Source: Macrostomum lignano (lineage: Eukaryota). Taken from it: a stretch of DNA of 64,000 nt. The translations under genes and the position numbers were made by a program. This document shows, one piece after another, positions 47,549-62,400 of the stretch. The stretch covers positions 171,850 to 235,849 of the forward strand of contig NIVC01001206.1 in NCBI GenBank assembly GCA_002269645.1, read 5' to 3'. Below the pieces are notes generated by a model. That model was not told the DNA's origin and made no database searches. It saw only the letters and a program-made list of their open reading frames with translations. Within the stretch, counting starts at the first letter, position 1; each line of letters starts with the position of its first letter.

Positions 47549-47929
47549 CTGTTAGGCGGTCAAGGTGTTGATTATTTTTTCGTTGTTCTGTCGTTTGGTC
47601 TGCATCCAGCGTGTAACAGAAGCAAAGTTCTTTTTTAAAAAATCATCTTGCCCAAAACGTTTCTGTGCAATTGTTCTCACAGGAGCATTAATCCTGAAAA
47701 ATTAGTATTGCTTCTTCGCAAATTATTATTTGCGAAATATTATTCGCAAATCAGCATTGTTAAACCATTTTTCTAACTCGCGCTTGCTTTAAAATAATTG
47801 ATTTTTTTAGCATTAGTAGCTGTTTAAATGTGCTGTGAGAGGGCTGTGAGTCTTGATGGAAAATTCGGAATAGTTTGAAATTTGAACTCTTCTGAATCAT
47901 AGACCCGCTTTAGACACAGAACCGGAGCC

Positions 47930-48340
47930 AAATTCCGAAACACCTATTAAATTCCGAAACAGAAACCGAAACTATTCCGAATCCGAAACCGAAACTATTC
48001 CGAATCCGAAACCGAAACTATTCCGAATCCGAAACCGAAACTATTCCGAATCCGAAACCGAAACTATTCCGAATCCGAAACCGAAACTATTCCGAATCCG
48101 AATCCGTTCAACTATTCCGAATCCGAAACTCCTCTTCAATTCCGAATCCGAATCCGAAACCCTTCTCGAATTACGAATCCGAAACCGAAACTATTTCGAA
48201 TCCGAATCCGAAACTATTCCAAATCCGAAACCCTCTCGAATTCCGAATCCGAAACCGAAACTATTTCGAATCCGAATCCGAAACTATTCCAAATCCGAAA
48301 CCCTCTCGAATTCCGAATCCGAAACTATCCCGAACCTAAT
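47930..48340. repeat. CCGAAT/CCGAAA-based 23-bp repeat (CCGAAACCGAAACTATTCCGAAT) and derivatives
   Basis: Direct inspection. Confidence 0.85.
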
Positions 48341-49014
48341 CACTCATCGGAACTGAATGACTCACCGTGAGCTCTAACCAGTTATTAATCTGCGGTATTG
48401 TTGTTGTGTTTCACAATTTTTTTAATTAACTTTGTCCAACCCAAACAACCTGCAATTCTTGCAAGTCGTGCTTCAAGCCAGCGGTGATTGACCCCCCTGA
48501 ACACTGTGGCAATGAGGATTGCCTGCCCCAAGGCAAAAATTGTTGTCTGCTCGCTCGGATAATAAACAGGAGGCTGTCCTTGGCATGTCCGCTTCGCTTA
48601 ATTGAAGAGACTGTAGCAAATGATATTTACGAAAAATGCTAATCTCGTCTTATATATTGTATTGCTTGTGTCAGAAGCAGTCTGTGTTGATACGCTCGAA
48701 GATATTTATTCTGCTAAATATATACCCCTATTGGACCTTCGCTAGCGAGGCACTCGTGACGTTTTATGTAGTGACAAATCTTATATTAGCTGAATGCTTC
48801 ATCTTAACTGCTTTTTCATCTATAATATATAATGGGCTACGCGCTGCGTCCCCCATAGTTGCCATCTCTGAGCTAACGGGATGAAATATCAGTAACCCGC
48901 ATCAGTCCTCTGCTCAGGCTGACTCCACACTTCTACTCTCATGGTGCTCGGGCGGTGGCAACTGCAGGAGACAGTTTTTGAGGTCTTTCGGACTAGAAGC
49001 ATTCAATATCTTTC

Positions 49015-49235
<221 letters not shown>

Positions 49236-50211
49236 TAGTGCCCGTTCATCTATTGTCTATTTTGTAGCTAGATGTTGTCTACAAGAGTTGCCTACGGGCA
49301 TGATAAGCAACTACTGACGTACCAGAAGGGTATTTTTGGCAGCATCAACTCAACTGAGTTGTTGTTTATCTGTAAAATCCTTCAGTTATACTGTTACTGT
49401 ATACTGTTTATACTGTTTTATGTCGCAATGCCCCTGTCTCCTTCAAAAGCCACCCCTGCAGAGCCCACAATCCCCAGTCGCAGTCAAAGACTTCCGCTGT
49501 AGGTGTCCAAACTAATGAGACGCAGTCTCTGAGTTGCTTTCAGCATCGCCCGCCAAACAATTGCAGTTGTTTTTCCCCGGGCCATTGCTAAGCGAAAGTT
49601 CGCCGCCGCGAGCTCAGAGACGGCTGAGAGGGAATTAAACGGCGGCTGGATTACAGGAGAGAGAGGAGGACAATGCATAGGCAGAGCTGACAGCCAGCAG
49701 GACAGGGACTGCATAATAATAAGGCATTAAAGCAGGAAGTCAGTACAATGCCCGACTGCGGTAGCTGCTCACACGCGCAAGAGTGCATGGGACACACAGC
49801 TCGGCTTGTGTGCCTGCAGAGCGAATCCTCAGATTGAAGGCTTATCTTAGCCTGCTATCAAAGCCGCAGCTGTAGCCCCCCCCCCCTCCCAACGCTTTAG
49901 CTGCTGCTTTCGGCGCGGTCCCTTCTTGTCAAACCCAGAAATGTCAGCTAGGCACGCAAGCGCCTGGCGGACTTATCCGCTAGGCCTCTGCATTCGCTTA
50001 CTGCTAAAAACCGTTTCTGCTTACTGATTCGTTTTCTGCTCGATTCTTCTCCAATTCTGCCTGTCAGTGATTGTTCTCCTACCGGCTTTTTGGCCTATTC
50101 CACTGGGTGATTGGTCTCACAAGAGACCGCTGATTTTGCACTGTGTCCTGGGGTGCAATGGGATATGAGGAAACTCAAAATTTCAATATAAGTCTCGAAA
50201 TGTTTTCAGCA

Positions 50212-51750
<1,539 letters not shown>

Positions 51751-52479
51751 GTCAGCAGTCAGTCAGGACGCGTCGCGTGTCGGGCCGCCCGAGCAGTGTA
51801 CCGATCCGGACGCGTGTCTGTGACGCGAGAAGGACGCGCTCAATGAAGCTGTCTTTCAGTTTCGTCGAGTCTTCATTTTCCGCCTTGTCTAAAACCCCTC
51901 CTGCTGCGGTGCCCCCGGCCTTGACCCGGCAGTCTTTGCTGCTCCAAAGCTCACGCGAGCTTTCGATAAAAAAGCGGGAGAAGCAGGAAAAATATCCCTT
52001 AGCCCTTAGCATAAGCTCGGCGCAGATCCCCTTTGCCAAGTTCTCCCCACATGAGGCTCGGAGGCGGCACTCGTTGAGCTTCTCATCTCGTAGGAAACCC
52101 TCGAGCAGAAAATTCTGAGCACTGAGACGCTGGCCGCCGGGCGCTAGTCTGTGAAAGTTTCGAATTTTCGATCGAAAACAGAAGACATTTTTATTTACCT
52201 TTCATTCAGCTGCATTGAAGCAAATAAGGAAATCGAGTTCAAGCAACAACTGCATACACTTGTTGATAAAAAGCAGGCAAATGTCAGCTTGCAGGGGTAC
52301 AAAATCTTTCAGTGGACAGAATTAAATAAATCAGTGGAATAGATGAGATGCGTTGAGCAGTAAGAATCTAATCTGTTATCAAATCGTTGATTTGATCCAT
52401 AATATTGTCCATAAGCTTAGTCATGCTTAATCCTATTCACAATAATCCGATCCATTATCGTGTCAATGATCCAATTCAT

Positions 52480-52755
52480 GAGTTAATCGATAATTCAATC
52501 AATCGATACTTCAATCAATCGACAATTCAATCAATCGATAATCCAATCAATCGATAATCCAATCAATCAACAATTCAATCATTAAATAATTCAATCAATC
52601 AATAATTCAATCAATCAATAATTCAATCAATCGATACTTCGATCAATCGATACTTCGATCAATCGATACTTCAATCAATCGATAATTCAATCAATCGATA
52701 GCTCAATCAATCGATAATTCAATAAATCGATAATTCAATCAATCAATAATTCAAT
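52480..52755. repeat. 16-bp AT-rich repeat (AATCAATCGATAATTC)
   Basis: Direct inspection. Confidence 0.85.
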
Positions 52756-52813
52756 TAAAGCTAGACAAAAAAGCTAACGGATAATCCTATGGATAATCCA
52801 GCCGATAAGCCGT

Positions 52814-55800
52814 TCAGTCGATCCGATTAGCCCTGATCCGGCCAGCCGGCCAGCCAGTCAGCAGGCAGACGCCGGCGCCGGCCCGCCGCAGCGCCAATCC
52901 GGGCGCCGCCTCCCAGGCGCCGGCCGCCGGGTCCAGCCGCTCGGCGCTGCCCAAGTAAGCGACGCCGTCGTGGCCTCCCACCGCGTACAGGCGGCCCCAG
53001 AGGGCCACCGCGCCGAGGCCGCCGCGGGCGACGCTCATGGGCGGCAAGTCGAGCCAGCGGTTGCAGCGCGGGTCGAACCGCTCGACGCTCGCCACTGCGC
53101 CGCGATCGTCGAAGCCGCCAAGGACGCAGACGCCGCGGCCGGCCTCGTCAGCAGCCGCCGCCGCTCCGGCCCTCGGCCGCCGCATGGAGGCCGCCGGCAG
53201 CCACATGTTCTTCACCGGGTCGTACAGTTCGCAGGTGGACAGAGCGGCCGAGGAGTCGTTGCCGCCGCAGACCAGCAGGCGGCTGCCGGAGTCCACGGGG
53301 GCGCCAGCGGAGCCGCCGCGAGGAGTTTGAGTTGGCGCCACCGGCGCCCAGCTGGGAAATATGGAGAGAGAAATTCTCGCATTGTTACTCAGGTGAGTAG
53401 TATATGCTGATGCATAGAAATCAATAACCAAATTTGTTGACACGTCAAGAGGTAAAGATGAGCATAAATATGAAACCATAGAATAGACGATAGATCACCC
53501 AGCAGACCCGATAGATCACCCAGCAGACCCGATAGATCACCCAGCAGACCCGATAGATCACCCAGCAGACCGGATAGATCCCCCATACGACTGTCCCGAT
53601 GCCCCCCGCAGCGGAGTCACCATCGCGTCGGACAGCCTCAGCGCGATCACCGCCCTGAGCAGCGGCCCCCTGACGCAGACCGACCCGGCTGCAGCCGAAT
53701 GCTGGAAACTCCTCCTGCAGCTCGGTCGGTTGGACCGCAAGGTAAAGTTCTGCTGGATACCGGCGCACTGCGGCCTCTCCGGCAATGAGGCGGCAGACAG
53801 GGCGGCGGCCAGGGCGGCGGACCTCGACCAGCGACAAGTCCCGCTCCCGCTCAGTGCCGCCAGGACGGCGACACGCCACTCCAGACGCGCTCTTGATGAA
53901 CTGGCGGTCCCGACCCACTGGAAGCCACCGAGCCACCTCCCACGCCGCCTACAAGTTATTGTCAACCAGCTTAGAGCCGGCGCCAGCACCATCAACCGCA
54001 GCACTAGGTTCAGACTCGGCATCGACACCTCGCCCGACTGCCTCGACTGCGGTGCGCTGGATACGGTTCAGCACGTCCTATTCGAGTGCCCCAGAGGCGA
54101 CCGCCTACGGGCAGCTCAAGGGCTCGCACCCGAGGACCTGATGGGGTCCCCGGATGCCATTATCGGGCTCACTCGCAGCATGGGGCGTCTGCCCCCCTCC
54201 AGATCGGCCGGTCCGCACACGGAGGCGCCTTGAAGAAGAAGAAGAAGAAGAAGATCCCCCATAGACCCGAAAGATCACCCAGCAGACCCGATAGATCCCC
54301 CATAGACCCGATAGATCACCCACCAGACCGGATAGATCACCCCACAGACCCGATAGATCACCCACAGACCCGATAGACCCCCCAGCAGACCCGATAGACC
54401 CCCCCATAGACCCTAAAGATCACCCAGCAGACCCTAAAGATCACCCAGCAGACCCGATAGATCACCCAGCAGACCCAATAGATCACCCAGCAGACCCGAT
54501 AGATCTCCCAGCAGACCCGATAGATCACCCAGCAGACGCACCGGTCAGCAGCCGGGTCGTAGCGCTCCACAGTTTCAAAGCAGGCTGCATCGTCGAGACC
54601 TCCAACGGCGAACAGGCAGCCGCTGAGGGACACCAGGGCGAGGCCTCGACGAGCTGTGGACATCCGCGCCACCCGGCGCCAGCTGTTCTCCTCCGGCAGG
54701 TAGGCCTCCGCCGTGGCCAGGTGCGAATCGCCGTCGTGACCGCCCACTGCGTAGACAAGGCCTGCGGGCCGGCGGAGGGAGGCGGTGGGAAAACGCCATG
54801 CATTTCCAATATTGAATCTAAGTGCCTCCGCCCTCGGAATCCTCCGCCCTCGGAATCCTCCGCCCTCGGAATCCTCCACCCTCGGAATCCTCCACCCTCG
54901 GAATCCTCCGCCCTCGGAATCCTCCGCCCTCGGAATCCTCCGCCCTCGGAATCCTCCGCCCTCGGAATCCTCCACCCTCGGAATCCTCCGCCCTCGGAAT
55001 CCTCCGCCCTCGGAATCCTCCGCCCTCAGAATCCTCCGCCCTCAGAATCCTCCGCCCTCGGAATCCTCCGCCCTCGGAATCCTCCGCCCTCGGAATCCTC
55101 CGCCCTCGGAATCCTCCGCCCTCGGAATCCTCCGCCCTCGGAATCCTCCGCCCTCGGAATCCTCCGCCCTCGGAATCCTCCGCCCTCGGAATCCTCCGCC
55201 CTCGGAATCCTCCGCCCTCGGAATCCTCCGCCCTCGGAATCCTCCGCCCTCGGAATCCTCCGCCCTCGGAATCCTCCGCCCTCGAATCCTCCGCCCTCGG
55301 AATCCTCCGCCCTCGGAATCCTCCGCCCTCGGAATCCTCCGCCCTCGGAATCCTCCGCCCTCGGAATCCTCCGCCCTCGGAATCCTCCGCCCTCGGAATC
55401 CTCCGCCCTCGGAATCCTCCGCCCTCGGAATCCTCCGCCCTCGGAAACCTCCGCCCTCGGAATCCTCCGCCCTCGGAATCCTCCACCCTCGGAATCCTCC
55501 GCCCCCAAAATCCTCCGCCCCCAAAATCCTCCGCCCCTAAATCCGCCATCCGCTTTTTATAGCTCGTATATCTCCCTCTCCTCCAACTCCATCCTCTTTC
55601 ATCTCCCTTCTCCGCCCCTTTTTCGCCCTCCTCTCCGCCCCTTCCGCAAATCACCGTCAGTCACAGCCAGGCCGCAATGCCGTCGTCTCGTTCGCATTGG
55701 TTGAACCTAAAAACGAATTTAACGATGCTTTAATACCAGTAAATTACTATTAGTAGTGCGCAGAGAACGCGTAGTGAATAAAATATCGCGCTCTCGAACC

Positions 55801-58800
55801 CCTCTCGCCTTCTCACCGGGAACCAGGCGTCCTCTAGCAGGTCGAAAACCTCCGCGCTTCGGTGGGGCTCAGCCGTCAGTCCGCGGCCGCCGACACAAAA
55901 GATGCTGCCGGCGTAAGACATCCGCGGCCTTTGCTACTCTGCCGACAGGCTGCTCGACACTGGCGCGTGCTGCTGCTGCTGCTGCTGCTGCTGCTTTCGC
56001 TGAATAGGCGAGCCAATGCGAGCGCCATCGAGCTGGAAGGCGCAGGCCTGCAGCACCAGCTCAGTGCAGTTGCGCCGGCCCTGAATCAGCGGGTCCCGGC
56101 TGACTGTGTCGGTCAGGTACTCCGCCGGCAGCTGGGTCAGCCGGATGTGCGCCAGCAGCCTGCAGGGGTCGGGCACAGCTTCCTTCTAGCTGGACTTTCT
56201 CTCCCCGATTTGCTTTCGTCTGGCCTTCCAATCCGCGGCGTCAATCCTCCGTTTTCCAGTCTCTGCCCCTTCAATCCTCCGTTTTCCAGTCTCTGCCCCT
56301 TCAATCCTCCGTTTTCTACTCTCCGCCCCTTCAATCCTCCGTTTTCCAGTCTCTGCCCCTTCAATCCTCCGTTTTCTACTCTCCGCCCCTTCAATCCTCC
56401 GTTTTCCAGTCTCTGCCCCTTCAATCCTCCGTTTTCTACTCTCCGCCCCTTCAATCCTCCGTTTTCCAGTCTCTGCCCCTTCAATCCTCCGTTTTCTACT
56501 CTCCGCCCCTTCAATCCTCCGCTTTCCAGTCTCTGCCCCTTCAATCCTCCGTTTTCTATTCTCCGCCCCTTCAATCCTCCGTTTTCCAGTCTCTGCCCCT
56601 TCAATCCTCCGTTTTCTACTCTCCGCCCCTTCAATCCTCCGCTTTCCAGTCTCTGCCCCTTTAATCCTTCCTTTTTCTACTCTCCGCCCCTTCAATCCTC
56701 CGTTTTCTATTCTCCGCCCCTCCAATCCTCCGTTTTCTACTCTCCGCCCCTTCAATCCTCCGTTTTCTACTCTCCGCCCCTTCAATCCTCCGTTTTCCCG
56801 TCTCTGCCCCTTTAATCCTCCGTTTTCTACTCTCCGCCCCTTCAATCCTCCGCTTTCCAGTCTCTGCCCCTTCAATCCTCCGTTTTCTATTCTCCGCCCC
56901 TCCAATCCTCCGTTTTCTACTCTCCGCCCCTCCAATCCTCTGTTTTCTACTCTCCGCCCCTCCAATCCTGTTTTCTACTCTCTGCCCCTTTAATCCTCCG
57001 TTTTCTACTCTCCGCCCCTCTAATCCTGTTTTCTACTCTCTGCCCCTCCAATCCTGTTTTCTACTCTCTGCCCCATCAATCCTCCGTTTTCTACTCTCCG
57101 CCCCTCCAATCCTGTTTTCTACTCTCCGCCCCTCCAATCTTCCGCCCTCTCGATCGTCCGCCCCCTTCCGCCCCTTTTAACCCTCTGCCCCTTAAACCCT
57201 CCGCCCCTTCCTCCCCTTCAATCCTCCACCCCTTCGATCCTCCGCCCCCTTCCAATCCCTCAATCATCCGCCCCTTCAACCCTCCGCCCCTGTCAATCCT
57301 CTGCCCCTTCCGCCCCTTCAATCCTCTGCCCCTTCAATCCTCTGCCCCTTCCGCCCCTTCAATCCTCCACCCCTTCAATCCTCCCCCTCTTCAATCCTCC
57401 GCCCCTTCAATCCTCCACCCCTTCAATCCTCCACCCCTTCGATCCTCCGCCCCCTTCCAATCCCTCAATCATCCGCCCCTTCAACCCTCCGCCCCTGTCA
57501 ATCCTCTGCCCCTTCCGCCCCTTCAATCCTCTGCCCCTTCCGCCCCTTCAATCCTCTGCCCCTTCCGCCCCTTCAATCCTCCACCCCTTCAATCCTCCGC
57601 CCCTTCAATCCTCCGCCCCTTCAATCCTCCGCCCCTTCAATCCTCCGCCCCTTCAATCCCCGCCCCTTCAATCCTCCGCCCCTTCAATCCTCCGCCCCTT
57701 CAATCCTCCGCCCCTTCAATCCTCCGCCCCTTCAATCCTCCGCCCCTTCAATCCTCCGCCCCTTCAATCCTCCGCCCCTTCAATCCTCCGCCTTTTACTT
57801 TTTCTGCCTCTTCTCCGCTCATTCCATTCTCCAACCCATCAAATCCCTTCCGCCCCCAGAACACCTTCACCCCTGAGGCTCAAGCCCGCCATCGGCACCC
57901 CAGCGCTAACCAGTTTATCACCGCCTTCCGCTCCGATGCGCTCGCCATCATCCGGCAGCTTCCGGCGCAAAGCCAGTCGACCCGACCTGATCCCCTTTTG
58001 CCAATCAGGTTGGCTCGGCCCCTGACCCAGGCCTCAGCTGCTGGGATGCGGATGGCAAAGCTGAAGGCAGGACGGATTTTCCAGACAGACAGCCAGCAGC
58101 TCCCAGGAGTTGAGGGGAAGGGAAGGGCTGGCAAAGTCTGCCAACGGTAGGGAGAGGGGATCACCGCCCTAATTGCTCCCGGATTAGAGCCTAGGATGCT
58201 TGGAAGAGCAAAACCTAGCTAGGGCTTGAAGGGATACAGCCTCAGCCTTCAGTTCCAAAAAGGGGATATCGGAGAACCGAAAGATCCCCACCCAGTGAGA
58301 TTGCAGCTCTCATTTCTCTCCCGAAGCCCCCTGGCTCAGCCGGGCTTCAGTTCCCCCCACCTCAGAGTGTCCCCCCATCTGTCGATCTGGCGGGCGGGCA
58401 GGGGAAGCCGATGGCGACCCCCGCACCTTTGCACCCCGAGGGCATCGATTAAGGGCGCTAGTGACGGCGGGCCGGGAAGGCGAGGCGCAAAAAAATAAGC
58501 AAAAAATCAAAGATCAGGCCGGCTTAAAGTTCACTGCCCTAGGCACCTGGGATTCTAATGAGCCAGAGTTTACTTTGTTGGAGAAAACTATCGATTTCAA
58601 AGTTGCTTTTGATGCATTCGGCGTTCTTTAAAGTTGCAAATGCTTCCTCCAAACCAATCTATAAATCTTTGTAATTTTGCGAGACTTTTCTAACGCCGAG
58701 TCATACTTTTCCTATGCTGCAGAATGAGAAGAAGTAGAGTAAGAGAGGCTGCTTTTAAACGCTTCATCCTCCCTTCCCCATGTCAGGGGGGTTTCTGCTC

Positions 58801-59075
58801 GACTGAGTATTGACTCAACGAGTGCCGGCTTAAAAGCAAGCGAGAGATTCTTACGCTGGGCGAGGCTTTGTGGAAAACAGCTCTTCGGATTGATTGCCCG
58901 AGGAGAACCCCCGGATCGTGAAGCGGCGAGGCCCGCTACCGTGATTTCCGCGTTTGATGATTGAGGACTGGTGAAAGAACATCTTCTGCTTTGACACAGA
59001 TATAGGTCTGTCAATAGATAGATTAGATAGATAGATTAGATAGATAGATTAGATAGATAGATTAGATAGATAGAT

Positions 59076-59121
<46 letters not shown>

Positions 59122-59148
59122 CATAGATACATAGATAGATAGATAGAT

Positions 59149-59188
<40 letters not shown>

Positions 59189-59189
59189 G

Positions 59190-59281
<92 letters not shown>

Positions 59282-59282
59282 C

Positions 59283-59329
<47 letters not shown>

Positions 59330-59350
59330 CATAGATGGATAGATAGATAC

Positions 59351-59417
<67 letters not shown>

Positions 59418-62400
59418 CGAGTTAATCAGAAACCTGCAGTTCCCATACATCTTACTGGCTTAGAACTAGGATTCTCTGCCCTGTCTGTGCTCAAGAGCTT
59501 CGGGCAAATCCTGCATCTAAAGCAGCAATTCTCTCCAGTTTTATGGGCTCATCTTTCTCTTTTGAATTCGCCCCCGAGGGGAAATCAGTGAAGCCAAGAG
59601 ACACGCTCAGGGAAGGAGCGAGGAAATTGCAAAATTGGTTTGCCAGCCAGCAACTTCCCAGCCATTTCTCTTCCGTTCCGCAATTCTCCCCATCTCGCAT
59701 TTATCTTCTTAAGTCCGCGCCTGCTCTTTCTTGTTTTAATCTTCCGCCCTCAAGATTGAGCTACTGCTCGGCGCGAATTGCCCCTGCTTGATAAGTAAGG
59801 AAAGCCAGTTGGCAGTTTACTTCACTCTTCGTTTGCCTCGATTTTTTTCACGCACTGGATAATCCATGTAGCAGTGAATGGAGAGCTGTGAAGGGAGAGC
59901 AGGAAATGGTGAGCAGAGAAGGGAGAGCAGAGAAGGGAGAGCAGAGAATGGTGAGCAGAGAATGGTGAGCAGAGAAGGGAGAGCAGAGAATGGAGAGCAG
60001 AGAATGGAGAGCAGAGAAGGGAGAGCAGAGAAGGGAGAGCAGAGAATGGTGAGCAGAGAATGGTGAACAGAGAAGGGAGAGCAGAGAAGGGAGAGCAGAG
60101 AATGGTGAGCAGAGAATGGAGAGCAGAGAAGGGAGAGCAGTGAAAGGAGAGCAGAGAATGGAGAGCAGAGAATGGAGAGCAAAGAATGGAGAGCAGAGAA
60201 GGGAGAGCAGAGAAGGGAGAGCAGAGAATGGAGAGCAGAGAATGGAGAGAAGAGAAGGGAGAGCAGTGAAGGGAGAGCAGAGAAAGGAGAGCAGAGAATG
60301 GAGAGCAGAGAAGGGAGAGCAGTGAAGGGAGAGCAGAGAAAGGAGAGCAGAGAAGGGAGAGCAGAGAATGGAGAGCAGAGAATGGAGAGCAGAGAATGGA
60401 GAGCAGAGAAGGGAGAGCAGAGAATGGAGAGCAGAGAATGGTGAGCAGAGAAGGGAGAGCAGAGAATGGAGAGCGGAGAGATAGGAGAGCAGAGAAGGGA
60501 GAGCAGAGAATGGAGAGCAGAGAATGGTGAGCAGAGAATGGTGAGCAGAGAATGGTGAGCAGAGAGATAGGAGAGCAGGCAAGGGAGAGTAAAGGAAGGG
60601 GGCAGATAGGAGACACTGGAGGAGAGAGTTATATGAGTAATTGAGAAGTTAGTTAGAGCAGGAGAGTCAAGAGGCGAGTATCAGCGAACAATCCTGCTGG
60701 ACAATGGTTACCTGTAATGCTGTGAATTTCAGCATCCATTCCCTCGAGTGGCCATCATCCATGGCTCAGCTAAATGAAGGCTTTTGTTCTCATGGTCAGG
60801 TAAAAAACTGACTCTCTCCTGCGGGAAGGCTGCAGCCGCCCGCACACATCCTACGCGGCCATCTAATTAGCAGAGCCAGGCAATTTTCCTCAGGCCTAAT
60901 TTCAGCTATAGCGGGAAATTGCCCGCCCTCACCCGGCTGTGTTTTTCCTCCGTTTTGCTCACGCCAAATTCCTTGCTCTGGTTGCCCGCCGAGAGGATGG
61001 AGGAGACGAGAGGCTGAGGCGGACCAGGCGGTGACTTAGGGATTTGGGAGGCTTCGGCATATAGCTTAATGCATTTCATTTCATACCGGAATACCGGCTG
61101 CCGGATTTCTCCGCCTGGCAGTCGGTTCACTGCATGAATATTTCACAATACCTCCTCCAAGGCCCGCCTTCTTTCTGCTTTTGCCCCCCACCCACCCCCT
61201 GTGCCTCTTCTATCACGGTAGTTCTAGTTAGTTATTTTCCTAATAGCAAAGGCAGGGCCTGACCAGCGCAAGGCATTGTGTGTGTGGGGCTTCAATGACA
61301 GTCGGTCAGGCAGATCTTGTTACTAATCAATGCCAGCTCTCTTTGAAGGATGCAATTTCATTAACCAAGCAGCCATTCTATACAATTTTACCGATTCCCC
61401 ATTCGTTGCATCCTGCATCCGTTTCGGTTAAATTGAAGTGCTTCTGCTTTTAGTTCAGTCAGAGTTGCGTCTGCTTCTGCCCACCTTCTCTCCGTTTTTC
61501 CTGTTCGATTTCCCCTTCAACAGCTCTCTCCATTCACCTAATGCTCCAACTTCCCTCTCTCTCTACTGTCTCCCCTCTCAGTCTCCCTCTCTCTCTACTG
61601 TCTCCCCTCCCAGTCTCCCTCTCTCTCTACTGTCTCCCCTCCCAGTCTCCCTCTCTCTCTACTGTCTCCCTTCTCAGTCTCCCTCTCTCTCTACTGTCTC
61701 CCCTCTCAGTCTCCCTCTCGCTCTACTGTCTCCCCTCCCAGTCCCCCTCTCTCTCTCTACTCTTCCCAGTCTCCCTCTCTCTCTACTGTCTCTCCTCCCC
61801 CTCCCCCCTCTCTCTCTACCGTCTCACCTCCCTCTCCCCCATTCTAATTTCGGGAAGAGTGCCATACACCAAAACGGTATCTCTTCACGTTCCTTTAAAT
61901 TCTCTTCTCAACCATTTTAACAGGCCTTCTCCCTCGTAATGGGCTCTCCCTCACTTATGAAAGCCTCTCAATGCAAGCAAGCCAGCCCATAATAGTGCAG
62001 GAGTCAATTTCACCTGCCTAATGTAGCAGGCTAGCAAAAATGGAACTCTGCGAAGACAGCGTGGCATTGCGCTGGCTGTCCGGGATTACCTGGGATCAGG
62101 GGAGAGAGCCTCAGTGCAACCAGAGCACACAAATTGCTGCTAGGAGCAATACAGCTCATAAAAATATTGCACTATAATTCAAGGGAAATATTGCGGGTGA
62201 GACCTGCATAGAGAGACATAATGTGACTTACAACAGCTGAATTTGTCTGGCAATTAGGGAGCTGTAGTATCCCAGAAATTAGCAGTGCAGCTAATTTATC
62301 TCTACTCCACTCTACTCCACTCTACTCCATAACATATTGGCTAGACTAGCAATCCAGCAAGTTGGCTAGATTAGCAATCCAGCAAGTTGGCTAGACTAGC

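Noticed and set aside
55934-55936. Genome-wide TAG reassignment as the explanation for the KLHL8 stop
   Set aside because: The CNB gene appears to terminate at TAG (5562-5564), and no other in-frame TAG occurs in ~2700 reconstructed codons.
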